From Planctomycetota bacterium (lineage in GTDB: Bacteria > Planctomycetota > DG-23 > JAZDKG01): a stretch of 64,000 nt of DNA. Below are positions 18,539 to 28,492 of the stretch, piece by piece. Within the stretch, counting starts at the first letter, position 1. Each line of letters opens with the position of its first letter. The position numbers and the translations under genes were made by a program. A model generated the notes under the pieces. The model ran no database searches, was not told the DNA's origin, and was given only the letters and a program-made list of their open reading frames with translations. The stretch lies in the NCBI GenBank assembly GCA_043803205.1, contig JAZDKG010000192.1, positions 3,038 to 67,037 on the forward strand, given 5' to 3'.

Positions 18539-20973
18539 CTCTCCGCCGCGGTTTCCCGGGAGAGCTCCTCCACGAACCGGACGAACTTTTTCCCATCCTC
18601 AGAAAGCTCGATGTCGAAGTTATCCTTGTTCTCCGTGTAGTAGAGGAACCCGAGCGTCCGCAACGCGGCCATGGCGAGACGCACGTCGTAGAGGGCGTAG
18701 TTGCTCATCTCCTGCTTGAACAGTTCCCAGGTTGTCTTGTCGGGGAGCTTCACGAGGAGCATCGCCGCCGTGTCGAGCGTGTTCTTATGAAAGCGACGGC
18801 TGAAGTACTCGAGGACTCCCATCAGCGTGAAAGCGATGAGCCGCGGGATGAGGAGCAGGCACCCCGCGAGTGGTCGTCCCCTCCGGATGAACCATTCCTC
18901 CCGACCTATGTAGTATCCCGGATCCGCAAGCAATATCCTGTGTCGCCAGGTCCGCCAGAAGATGACGAGGGTGGTGAGCAGGAGGAGCGCGGCAATGAAA
19001 AGGGCGTACTGGGTCAGCGTGACCCACTCCAGCCACATCAGGACGTTGAGAGCGCCGAGGAGGAACCACCCCAGTGCGGCGAGCGCCGCGCAGCCCGCTG
19101 AGATGAGGATGAGAAGTCCCACGAGGCTGAAGACGGAGGTGATCGTCTCCTTGGCGACGTGATTTGCCAGGGCCTGGCGGTACTGGATGGCCTTGATGGA
19201 ACGCCCCAGCTCCTTGCCGACTTCGTAGAGCCTTACCTCGGGGTCGTTGGCGAGCTCCTTCTCGCACAAGAGCGCCGCGTCGCTGAAACGATGCGTGACG
19301 TGGTCCTCCCCCAGCCGTTCGACGATCCCGGCGTCGACGAGCTGCTTCTGGAGGGTCTCCCCGACTCCCGTGAGGTACACGTGCACGGAACGACTGCGCA
19401 GGCGATCCACGTGGTATGAGAGGTCCAGGAGGGCGGACCGGTCCAGCGCGGGGATCGCGTTCATGCGGATGAAGATTGCCTTTGGACGGGTGGTGGGCCA
19501 GACGGCCCGGAGGTAATCTCCGATGTAGTTCACCGCGAGGGGACGGTCGATTCGGTAGATGAGGCAGAAGCGCGCGAGTTCCGGGATGAGTCCCCCCTCG
19601 CCCCGCCAGTGGTCCTTGCGGTCTGCCAGCGAGATGAGGCGGTTATTGAGGAAGATCGCGATGCGGTCGAGCATCATGATCGTCGAGATGAGAAAGGCCA
19701 GGATGCAGGTGAAGCGGAAGTCGGTGAAGAGCCCCGCCGCCAGCACGGTGAGCATCATTACGACGTCGGCGAACTTGGCGGAGCGCAGGCGCCGGAAGGG
19801 GACCGTGTCGAGCATCTCCACTCCCATGAGGAAGAGCGCGCCCGCGGCCGGAGCCATCGGAAGCAATGGAAGGAAACGAGCCGTGAATGCCGCCACCGTG
19901 GCGAGGATGACGGCCCCGATGACCCCGGCCAGGGGGCTCCTTCCCCCGTAGCGGAAACTCAAGGTGCTCGGCTCCATCTGCGCCGTCCCCGGCAGTGCTC
20001 CGCACAGGGAACCGATCATGTTGGCGATGCCGAGGCCGAACACCTCCCGGTTCGAGTCGTGGAGCGTATGCCCGAGGTTGTCACAGGTGTCCGCGGTCGA
20101 CATGCTCTGGGCGATGCCCAGGTATGCGATGATGATCGCAGGCAGGAGCACGTCCAGGAACCCGATCCCCTGATAGGCCGGTCCGACGAAGTGCGCGACC
20201 TTCGCTCGTGCGACCGCAAAGGTGGGGCCGAAGACGCTCACCGGCACCTGGGCGAGATGCGAGTAGAGGTAGATCCCCGCGGTGGCGACGGCGATGGCGA
20301 TCAAGGCCGCCGAGACGGCGCGGGTGGCTCGTCGAAGAAGAAGCGCGAGCCCCACCGCCGCCGCCCCCGCCGCCAGGCAGTAGAGGTTCGCGGGCTGGAA
20401 GAAGGCCACGATCTGTCTGGCCGCCGGGACCGCGGGGAAGAAGGAGAGCTTGGGATCGAGAGGATTGTGTCCCAGCATGAGGTGGACAGCGAAAAGCATC
20501 ACCGCGACCGCACAGGCGTTCGAGAAACCGCTTGTCACCGGCTGCGGGATGTAGATGGAGAAGCGGACGCGCTTCGCGAGGCTCAGGAGCACCTGCAGGA
20601 GCCCGGCGGTCAGGAACACGAGCACCACGTACGACGTGTCGTGCTCGAGGTGGATGACGACCGAGACCGCCAGGGCCATCACGAGACCGGGCCCCGAGAC
20701 CGTGGTGGGCGTGCCGCCAAGCACCGCCGCGATAAACATGACGAACACGGCTGTGCGCAGGGGGGAGAGAGGCCCCAAGGCGCTGCCGGGGAACGCTTGC
20801 CCTACGAGAAGCGACAGCGCGAGCGCGACGGGCAGGACGTGAAGCGTAATCACCAATCCCCCGCGGATGTCCCCGACGAGGTTGCGCGTCATCAACTTGA
20901 AGTTGCCGAGTGGACTGAAGTCAGCCCAGTAGCGGCGAAATCTGTAGGGTCGTCTGCGACTCGTCTTGGCCAC
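18535..20973 (-). CDS. SulP/SLC26 anion transporter with STAS domain and an extra C-terminal membrane plus winged-helix-like region
   Basis: [55 protein letters not shown]-like IYRIDRPL...[12 protein letters not shown]. About 230 aa of extra C-terminal sequence. Confidence 0.88.
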   Translation of the reverse strand: MAKTSRRRPYRFRRYWADFSPLGNFKLMTRNLVGDIRGGLVITLHVLPVALALSLLVGQAFPGSALGPLSPLRTAVFVMFIAAVLGGTPTTVSGPGLVMALAVSVVIHLEHDTSYVVLVFLTAGLLQVLLSLAKRVRFSIYIPQPVTSGFSNACAVAVMLFAVHLMLGHNPLDPKLSFFPAVPAARQIVAFFQPANLYCLAAGAAAVGLALLLRRATRAVSAALIAIAVATAGIYLYSHLAQVPVSVFGPTFAVARAKVAHFVGPAYQGIGFLDVLLPAIIIAYLGIAQSMSTADTCDNLGHTLHDSNREVFGLGIANMIGSLCGALPGTAQMEPSTLSFRYGGRSPLAGVIGAVILATVAAFTARFLPLLPMAPAAGALFLMGVEMLDTVPFRRLRSAKFADVVMMLTVLAAGLFTDFRFTCILAFLISTIMMLDRIAIFLNNRLISLADRKDHWRGEGGLIPELARFCLIYRIDRPLAVNYIGDYLRAVWPTTRPKAIFIRMNAIPALDRSALLDLSYHVDRLRSRSVHVYLTGVGETLQKQLVDAGIVERLGEDHVTHRFSDAALLCEKELANDPEVRLYEVGKELGRSIKAIQYRQALANHVAKETITSVFSLVGLLILISAGCAALAALGWFLLGALNVLMWLEWVTLTQYALFIAALLLLTTLVIFWRTWRHRILLADPGYYIGREEWFIRRGRPLAGCLLLIPRLIAFTLMGVLEYFSRRFHKNTLDTAAMLLVKLPDKTTWELFKQEMSNYALYDVRLAMAALRTLGFLYYTENKDNFDIELSEDGKKFVRFVEELSRETAAES

Positions 20974-21411
20974 GGTGCGCTCGCGTTCAGAACAGGATCG
21001 GTCGGCTATCGGACGGCCTGGTCCTTGTGCTCATGGGATGTTCTGTTCAAGGTGCCTCTTGGTGGGGCGTAGTATAGCAGAAATGGCCCCTGGGCGACAA
21101 TACGAGAAAGCCGGTAAGCTGCGGCGCAGGGTTGCGGGACCTGCGACCTTCGCGGCCGCGAAGGGAACAGGAGCGATTCTGGACTACAATCGTCCGAATT
21201 GAAACGAGCCAGTGCAACACCATCTGTTGATAGGATAGCGGTTGTAAGCCCCAAGCAGTATGAGTTTTCGGTTCACTTAAGGCTAGAAAGGCCTTAACTA
21301 CGAAGCCCAGGGCCGGAATATCAATTTTTCTCCCGCGAACTCGTCTCGGCGTAAGGCATTGGCAGAAAAAACATTGGGACGCCGGCCGAACCACACTGAA
21401 GGGATTCCGGC

Positions 21412-21464
21412 TTGACACCCTATATTTGGGAGGGTTAAATAGCCGATGCCTCAATATGAAGTGT
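21412..21464 (+). promoter_or_regulatory. Sigma70 promoter overlapped by tandem NrdR boxes
   Basis: TTGACA(21412)-N17-TTAAAT. Boxes ACCCTATATTTGGGAG (21417) and CCTCAATATGAAGTGT (21449) are 32 bp apart and resemble the acaCwAtATaTwGtgt consensus. Confidence 0.75.
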
Positions 21465-21592
21465 ATTTCGCGGCCGGGGGGTAGGGCGAGTGAGGCATGA
21501 GAACGGGGCGGCTTCGGAACGGGATCGGCGGTCGGACGGGTTTGCCAACGTCGCAATAGCGTAGATACCCACAAAGAGGGGGAGTGTCGGCG

Positions 21593-22048
21593 ATGCGTTG
21601 TCCATATTGCAGACAGGACAATGACAAGGTGATCGACAGCCGCGGCGCCTCCGAGGGCACGGTCATCCGGCGCAGGCGCGAGTGTCTAGCATGCGGCAAG
21701 CGCTATACGACCTACGAGCAGGTGGAACAGGCCCCCCTTCGCGTTATCAAGAAAGACGGCTCCCGCGTCGGCTTCGACGGGCACAAGATTCTTACGGGGT
21801 TACTCAAGGCATGCGAGAAGCGGCCGGTGCCCACCGAAAGGCTGACAGAGCTTGTGCGGACCATCGAGCGCGAAGTCGCGGAGAACTTCGACGGCGAGGT
21901 CGAGACCCGCTGGATCGGGGAGCGGGTCATGGAAGAGCTTAAGCTCATCGATCCCGTGGCGTACGTGCGGTTCGCGTCCGTCTACCGGGAGTTCAAGGAC
22001 GTCAGCGAGTTCGCGGACGAACTGCGGTTGTTGGAGAGCAAGTCCTGA
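21593..22048 (+). CDS. nrdR: Transcriptional repressor NrdR
   Basis: MRCPYC, KVIDSR, IRRRRECLACGKRYTTYE, ATP-cone, VAYVRFASVYREF. Confidence 0.97.
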   Translation: MRCPYCRQDNDKVIDSRGASEGTVIRRRRECLACGKRYTTYEQVEQAPLRVIKKDGSRVGFDGHKILTGLLKACEKRPVPTERLTELVRTIEREVAENFDGEVETRWIGERVMEELKLIDPVAYVRFASVYREFKDVSEFADELRLLESKS

Positions 22049-22107
22049 GCGTTCGCCGTCCTCGAAGGGCCGGTGTGGGACGATGCGGTGAGGAAGGAGA
22101 GTAAGGC

Positions 22108-24554
22108 ATGCGACTGGAGAGAGTTCGCAAGCGGGACGGGCGGGTCGTGCCTTTTGACATCAAGAAGATTGGGGATGCGATCTGGAAGGCCGCGCAGGCG
22201 GTGGACGGGGAGGATCGTCAGGTCGCCGAGGAACTCGCTGGCGTGGTGGCTCTCTTTCTCGAGAAGCACTACGAGGGGGAGATCCCGGGGATCGAGGACA
22301 TCCAGGACGTGGTGGAGAAGGTGCTGATCGAGACGGGGCATGCCAAGACGGCCAAGGCATACATCCTGTATCGCGAGAAACGAACCCGCCTGCGCGAGAG
22401 GCTGCGGGTCCGCAAGTGCGTGCGGGAGGAGATGACCACCACGGACTGGTCGCTTCTCGTGGATCCCGGGTCGCGCGACGAGCTTTTTTCCTGGGATAAG
22501 CATCGGATCGCGGACGCGCTGATCCAGGAAGCGGATCTCGACGAGGATGTCGCTGACGACATCGCATCCGCCGTCGAGGCCAAGGTGCTTGAATCGGGCC
22601 TCACCCGCATCTCGACGTCCCTCATCCGGGAGCTGGTGGACAACGAGCTCTTCGAGCGCAGCTACAACCGGACGCTCGCGAAGCAGACGGTGATCGGCAT
22701 GCCGAAGTATGACCTCGACGCCCTCATCCTGTCGAAGAGCCAGGAGAACTCGAACATCACGGCGAACAACCCGGAGGCGATCAATCTCGCCATCGCCGAG
22801 AACACCCTCAAGCAGTACGCCCTCAAGGAGGTCTTCTCGCGGCGGGTGGCGGACGCGCACCTGACGGGGGCGATCCATCTCCACGATCTGGGGTACCCCA
22901 CCCGCGTGTACTGCTCGAGCCACTCCCTGGAGTACCTGAAGAAGTACGGGCTCCTCCTCGGGAACCTCGACACCCAGAGCGCCCCCGCCAAGCACGCCCG
23001 CACCCTCACGGGGCATCTCAATACGTTCCTAGCGAGCATGCAGGCCTATTACGCGGGCGCCCTCGGCGTGGCTACATCAACATCTTCTATGCGCCCTACG
23101 TCGAGCATATGAGCGACGACGAGATGCGCCAGGAAGCCCAGCATCTCATCTTCAGTTGTTCGCAGAGCGCCTTCAGCCGGGGCGGACAGACGCTCTTCCT
23201 GGATTTCAACGTCCACACCGGGGTTCCGTCCTACTTGAGGGAGATCGGGGCGATCGGCCCGGGGGGCAAGCCGACCGGCCGGACGTACGGCTCCTACGTG
23301 CACGCCGCCCAGCGGTTCCTGCGGGCGATGCTCGACGTCTGGCGGGCCGGGGACACGTACGGACACGTTTTCGCGTTCCCGAAGTGCGATTTCCACGTCA
23401 CCCCGGAGACGTTCTGCGATCCGGCCCAGCTCGAGCTTCTGAAGTACGCCTGTCAGATCGCCAGCGAGAACGGGACGCCCTACTTCGTGTTCGATCGCGA
23501 CGAGGTGACTCTGTCGGCCTGCTGCCGTCTGCGCACCACGATCCGCGACAACCATATGATCCAGCATCCCGAGAGCATGCGATTCTGCGGGTTCCAGAAC
23601 GTCTCGATCAACCTCCCCCAGGCCGCCTACCGCGCGGGGAAGGGGAACTTCGATGGGCTCCTTGCGGAGATCGGCAAGGCGATGGACGTCGCCGTTCAGG
23701 CGCATCTGGAGAAGCGCGCGTTCATCAAGAAGCTGATGAGCGGGCCCGCGATGCCTCTCTGGGAGATCGGCAAGCTCGCCAAGGACGGACGTCCCTACGT
23801 GGACCTCGATCAGGCTACGTACATCATCGGGCTGATCGGCCTCAACGAGTGCGTCCAGCATCTGATGGGGAAGGAGTTGCACGAATCGGATGAGGCGTTG
23901 CGGGTCGGGCTGCGGATCATCGCCCACATGTACTTCCGCGCCAAGCAGGAGGGGGAGCGCCTGGGGCTCAAGCTTTCGCTTGAGGAGTCGCCGGCGGAGT
24001 CCGCCGCGCGCAGGCTGGCGAAGATCGACTACCGAAACTACCCGGAGTCGCATGCGCTCCTCAAGGGGGACCTCCAGAACGACGAGTGTTACTATACGAA
24101 CAGCATCCATCTCAGCGCGGGCGCGCCCGTCGACATGGTGACCCGCATCATCAAGCAGGCGAAGTTTCACCCGATGATCGAGTCGGGGGCGATCATCCAC
24201 GCTTTTGTCGGGGAAGAGCGTCCGAGCATGCAGAGCATCCTCGTCCTCGTGAGGAAGACGTATGAGAAGACCCAGGCGGCGCAGCTCACGATCTCGCCGG
24301 AGTTCACGATCTGCAACGCCTGCAAGCACGTGACGCCGAGGCTCGTGGAGACTTGCTCCGAGTGCGAGAGCGCCGATGTCTATGGGGTGACCCGCATCGT
24401 CGGGTACTTCAGCCGCGTGAGCAACTGGAACAAGTCGAAGCTCGGCGAGCTCAAGGATCGTCATCGCGGGTGGTACAGCGTCGAGAAGGTGATGGCGTCG
24501 TGCGCGCCCGAAGAGGATGCGGCCCGCGAGCATGAGGTCGTGGCCCGTCATTGA
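22108..24554 (+). CDS. nrdD: Anaerobic (class III) ribonucleoside-triphosphate reductase, split by a frameshift near 23070
   Basis: Two ATP-cones, GAIHLHDL, SRGGQTLF, ACCRLR, SPAES, YYTNS, zinc CxxC pair, TRIVGYFS glycyl-radical motif. Adding one G at 23070-71 restores LGVGYINIFYAPY. Confidence 0.95.
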
Positions 24555-24629
24555 GGGCCGTCGCTCGCACGAGCGGGTTCCCGGGCGGCCCGCAGCCGCC
24601 AGGGAGCCGATGGGAAAAGGGAGTAAGCT

Positions 24630-24929
24630 TTGTCCAAGGTCGTGACGGTGTTCGGGAAGAAGAAGTGCGCGAAATGCGAGACGACGAAGCGGAAGATCGA
24701 CCACCTGCTCGCGAAGAGGGGGCTCGCCTCGGAGGTGGCTTTCCGGTTCCACGACCTCGACACCCCCGAGGGTCTGGCAGAAGGGGCGTTCTTCGACGTG
24801 GGGAAGGTCCCCACGACGATCGTCAGCGTCGATGGTAGCGACAGGAGACGTTGGGATGGGGAGCTGCCCCACTCCGAGGATGTGCTGGCGGCCCTCACGG
24901 GAGATGGCTTCGGTGCGACCCCCGATTAA
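24630..24929 (+). CDS. Small thioredoxin/glutaredoxin-like redoxin
   Basis: VTVFGKKKCAKC (CxxC), KVPTTI cis-Pro loop. Lies between nrdD and nrdG. Confidence 0.8.
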   Translation: MSKVVTVFGKKKCAKCETTKRKIDHLLAKRGLASEVAFRFHDLDTPEGLAEGAFFDVGKVPTTIVSVDGSDRRRWDGELPHSEDVLAALTGDGFGATPD

Positions 24930-25632
24930 GGGATTCATCCCGAACAGCCTCCTCGACTGGGAAGGCAAGATCTGCTCGATCGTTTTTCTAGCGGGGTGTA
25001 ATTTCCGCTGTCCCTATTGTCACGCCAGCCACCTCGTCCTGGGCGCGCACGACTTGGAGCGCATTCCGCTCGATTCCGTGCTCGATTACCTGGACGCCCG
25101 GGTCGAATGGGTGGATGGCGTGATCGTGTCGGGCGGCGAGCCGACGCTCTATGAGGGGCTTGAGGAGCTGATCGACCGCTTTCGCGGTCTCGGGCTCGCC
25201 GTGCGGCTCGACACCAACGGTTCCCGGCCGGAGGTGCTCTCGGGGTTGGTGGCGTCGGGGAAGGTCCAGTACGTGGCGCTCGACGTGAAGGCCCCACTGG
25301 ACGAGCGCTACTGCCGGGCCGCGGGATGCACGGTCGATTGCCAGGCCGTCGGCCGGTCGATCGATTTTCTGCTCTCCGCCCCCGTGGAATATGAGTTTCG
25401 CACGACGGTCTGTCCGGGCCTCGTCGGCGCCGAGGAGATCCGCGTGATGTCCGAGCGCCTTGCCGGCACCCGGCGGTGGATCCTGCAGGCGTTTCGTCCC
25501 CTCAACTGCATCGACCCGGAGTACCGGCGACTCCCTGCAGTCGGGCGAGAGGAACTCCTCCAGCTCGCCTCCGTCGCCAGGAAAGCGGTGACGGGTGTCA
25601 GCGTCCGCGGCGCGGGCGAGAATCCTTCCTAG
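24904..25632 (+). CDS. nrdG: Anaerobic RNR activating radical SAM protein
   Basis: SLLDWEGK, GCNFRCPYCH, SGGEPT, LDTNGS, YEFRTT. In operon with nrdD. Confidence 0.92.
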   Translation: MASVRPPIKGFIPNSLLDWEGKICSIVFLAGCNFRCPYCHASHLVLGAHDLERIPLDSVLDYLDARVEWVDGVIVSGGEPTLYEGLEELIDRFRGLGLAVRLDTNGSRPEVLSGLVASGKVQYVALDVKAPLDERYCRAAGCTVDCQAVGRSIDFLLSAPVEYEFRTTVCPGLVGAEEIRVMSERLAGTRRWILQAFRPLNCIDPEYRRLPAVGREELLQLASVARKAVTGVSVRGAGENPS

Positions 25633-25668
25633 CTCCGCCAGGGCTCTTCCCTCTGGGGAGGAAGCGTC

Positions 25669-26655
25669 GTGTACGAGGCGCGGTTCTACGAGACGATGGA
25701 TGAGTCGACGGTGCGCTGCACGCTGTGTCCCCATGGGTGTCGCATCGCCGACGGCAAGCGCGGGATCTGTCGCACGCGCCAGTGCCGTGGAGGGAAGCTC
25801 TACGCGGCCACCTACGGCGAGTTGGCGTCGGCGAACATGGACCCCATCGAGAAGAAGCCCCTCTATCACTTCCATCCGGGTCGTGACATCCTCTCCATCG
25901 GATCGTACGGCTGCAATTTCCGCTGTCCGTGGTGTCAGAACTTCTCGATCTCCCAGGATCGGGTCCCGACGCAGCATTTCGATCCGGGCCAGGTGGTGGA
26001 TCTCGCGCGCCAGCGCGGGTCGGTTGGGATCGCCTACACTTACAACGAGCCCCTCATCTGGGCGGAGTTCGTCATCGACACGGCGAAGCTCGCACGGGAG
26101 GCGGGCCTTGTGAACGTCCTCGTCACGAACGGGTTCGTCAACCCGGGTCCGCTTGCGGAGATGCTTCCCTTCATCGACGCGGCGAACCTTGACATCAAGG
26201 CGATCCGGGATGAGATCTATCGCCGCCACTGCGGGGGACCGATCAAACCGGTGCTTGAAACCGCGAGGGCTTTCGTCGAGAATATCCACCTCGAGGTGAC
26301 GAACCTTGTCATCACGGGTGTCAACGACTCGGATGAGGACTTGGCGGCGCTCGCCGCGTGGATCGCCGACAACCTGGGAAGGACCGTACCGACGCATCTT
26401 TCGCGCTATTTTCCGCAGTACCGCTTCGATGCGCCGCCGACTTCGGCGGAAAGGCTCTCGCGGGGGCGCGAGATCTTCACGGCCCGCCTGGACTACGTCT
26501 ATCTTGGGAACGTGACGGGAGTCGGTGGGAACGACACCCTCTGTCGGGAGTGCGGCGCGGTGCTCGTCCGAAGGCGGGGGTACGACGTGCGTGTGGAGAG
26601 GCTGCGGGGGGCCCTCTGTGGAGTCTGTGGCGCAGAGAACAACTTCGTGATCTGA
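25669..26655 (+). CDS. amrS: AmmeMemoRadiSam system radical SAM enzyme
   Basis: VRCTLCPHGC, DPIEKKPLYHFHPG, GCNFRCPWCQN, AYTYNEP, HLSRYFP, YVYLGNV. Confidence 0.92.
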   Translation: MYEARFYETMDESTVRCTLCPHGCRIADGKRGICRTRQCRGGKLYAATYGELASANMDPIEKKPLYHFHPGRDILSIGSYGCNFRCPWCQNFSISQDRVPTQHFDPGQVVDLARQRGSVGIAYTYNEPLIWAEFVIDTAKLAREAGLVNVLVTNGFVNPGPLAEMLPFIDAANLDIKAIRDEIYRRHCGGPIKPVLETARAFVENIHLEVTNLVITGVNDSDEDLAALAAWIADNLGRTVPTHLSRYFPQYRFDAPPTSAERLSRGREIFTARLDYVYLGNVTGVGGNDTLCRECGAVLVRRRGYDVRVERLRGALCGVCGAENNFVI

Positions 26656-26670
26656 AAGGTGGAATCTCCG

Positions 26671-28434
26671 ATGCGCGACAGAACTTCCTTGAGGCCGCTG
26701 CTCGCGGCGCTTGGGCTTGCGATGGCGCTCTTAGCGGGATGCGAGTTGCCCGGGAAGAAGCCCAGCAACGTCTTTGAGGTCAAGCGTGACCTCTACGAGC
26801 GCAAGCTCAGCGGGGACGCTGCGCTCGCCCGACTCGGCGCCGGCGACAAGGGAACGATCGGCGACGTCGCCGACATGCGCGGCTTCGAGATCATCCGGCT
26901 GGAGGGCGCTGGAGTCGTCGTGGGGCTCCCGGGCACCGGGGACATGTCCGCTCTTCCACGCGAGCTGCGGGCCGTGGCGCTCAAGAGGCTCGTGCAGGCC
27001 CCGGACCCCTATTTCAAGGGCGACAACTCCGAACACCTCTCCTCCAAAGTGGCCACCTCCTGGATCAACCGCGGTTATGTCTCCCTCGTCTCCATTGAGA
27101 CCGTTGTCACCGTCGGCCAGCACGAGGGAGACCGGGTGGACGTGCTCCTGCACGCCATGGACGGCGCCCGAGGCCTCGATGGGGGATACCTCTATCCGGC
27201 ACCCCTGCGGCCGTATGCCACGATGAAGGGGAGGAAGGAGGAAGGCGCCCCGGTCGTCGAGGCCAGCGGCCCCATCGTCGTCCGCCAGGCGCAGGAGGGT
27301 GCCGGCGTGGTTCTCAAGACGGGCATGGTGGAGGGGGGAGGACGCGTGCTGCGTGATTTCACGGAGTTCGTGCTGCCGTTGCGGAAACCCGACGCCCAGC
27401 GGGCGCTCTTTCTTGAGGGGTGCTTGAACGCGCGCTTCAAGGACCTGGAGACGGTGGCCGTCGCCAGTCGGAGCACGCATGTCAGGGTGAAGATCCCCTC
27501 GGCGTACTGGGTGGACGCGATGCGCTTCGTCGAGGTGGTCCGCTTGATGCCTGCCTACTACGCCGATGATTCGAAAAAACGCTCGCTGGCCGCGGAGGCC
27601 GATCGTCTCTTGGTGAGCAACGATGCGAGGCGGCGGATGCAGGGCGCCATCCGGCTAGAGGGGCTGGGCTCTCCTCGGGGCACCGACGTCCTCCTCGCGG
27701 CGCTGCAGAACGGTCCGCCTCTTACGCGGATCGAGGCCGCCCGGAGCCTCTTCTTCCTGGGCCGGGAGGAGGGACGAGGGTGCGCGAGAGAGCTTCTCTC
27801 GTCCGGGACGCCCGAGCTGCGGCTTGAGGCGCTCAAGCTGTATCTGTTGTTCGGGTCGCGCGCCCCGATCGACGAGATCCGGCGCGTCCTGTCGGAGAAG
27901 GACCCCGACCTTGCGGCGGCGGCGGCGTTCGTGCTGGCCCGCTGCGGCGACGCCGGCAAGGATGGGAGGTCCCCCGTGGTCGATGTGCGAAGGTCCCCTG
28001 AGAGCTCCAGCCCCTTTGGGCAAACGACTCCCGAGGAAGCCGGCTACCAGATCTTGGCCGTTCCCGAGGCGCCTGTGAACGCGGTGGTTGCGGTCCTCGG
28101 CGACGAGCGGCGGGCCATCGTCTTTCTTGGAACGTGTCCGATCGCGGGGAACTTCTCCGTTCCCCGGCAGCGCATCGCACTATCGGCTGGAGCGCCGGGA
28201 CGGGTCGATATCCTCTTTCGCGCGCGGGAGGAAGAGGGACGCTTCCAGGCTCCCGCCGACGCGGCGAGCCTTATCGCGTTCCTGGAATTCCTGGGCCTGC
28301 CGTGGAGCGAGAACGTCTCGATCCTCCAGGACCTGAGCCGCCAGCAGGCGCTTTCCGCGCCTGTCAGGATCCTTTCCTTCACGGGCTCGAAAACCGTAAC
28401 GAGACTCATGGGAGCCCTGATCGCGAACCGATAA
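26671..28434 (+). CDS. FlgI (P-ring)-like lipoprotein with HEAT-like repeats
   Basis: Lipobox LLAGC. FlgI-like LEGAGVVVGLPGTGD, GDRVDV, ARGLDGGYL. Helical HEAT-like repeats in the central part. Confidence 0.7.
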   Translation: MRDRTSLRPLLAALGLAMALLAGCELPGKKPSNVFEVKRDLYERKLSGDAALARLGAGDKGTIGDVADMRGFEIIRLEGAGVVVGLPGTGDMSALPRELRAVALKRLVQAPDPYFKGDNSEHLSSKVATSWINRGYVSLVSIETVVTVGQHEGDRVDVLLHAMDGARGLDGGYLYPAPLRPYATMKGRKEEGAPVVEASGPIVVRQAQEGAGVVLKTGMVEGGGRVLRDFTEFVLPLRKPDAQRALFLEGCLNARFKDLETVAVASRSTHVRVKIPSAYWVDAMRFVEVVRLMPAYYADDSKKRSLAAEADRLLVSNDARRRMQGAIRLEGLGSPRGTDVLLAALQNGPPLTRIEAARSLFFLGREEGRGCARELLSSGTPELRLEALKLYLLFGSRAPIDEIRRVLSEKDPDLAAAAAFVLARCGDAGKDGRSPVVDVRRSPESSSPFGQTTPEEAGYQILAVPEAPVNAVVAVLGDERRAIVFLGTCPIAGNFSVPRQRIALSAGAPGRVDILFRAREEEGRFQAPADAASLIAFLEFLGLPWSENVSILQDLSRQQALSAPVRILSFTGSKTVTRLMGALIANR

Positions 28435-28492
28435 TTGGGTGTGGGACGTTCCGTCGCCAGGGGAAGAACCCTCGCGTTTTTCGGAGGGCCGA

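Noticed and set aside
21090-21260. Possible c-di-GMP-I riboswitch
   Set aside because: Only a partial 3' resemblance; the GGCAAA/GACGCAAA core was not found.
22108-24554. Naturally split nrdD, intein or intron
   Set aside because: A single added G restores a continuous conserved sequence with no inserted segment.
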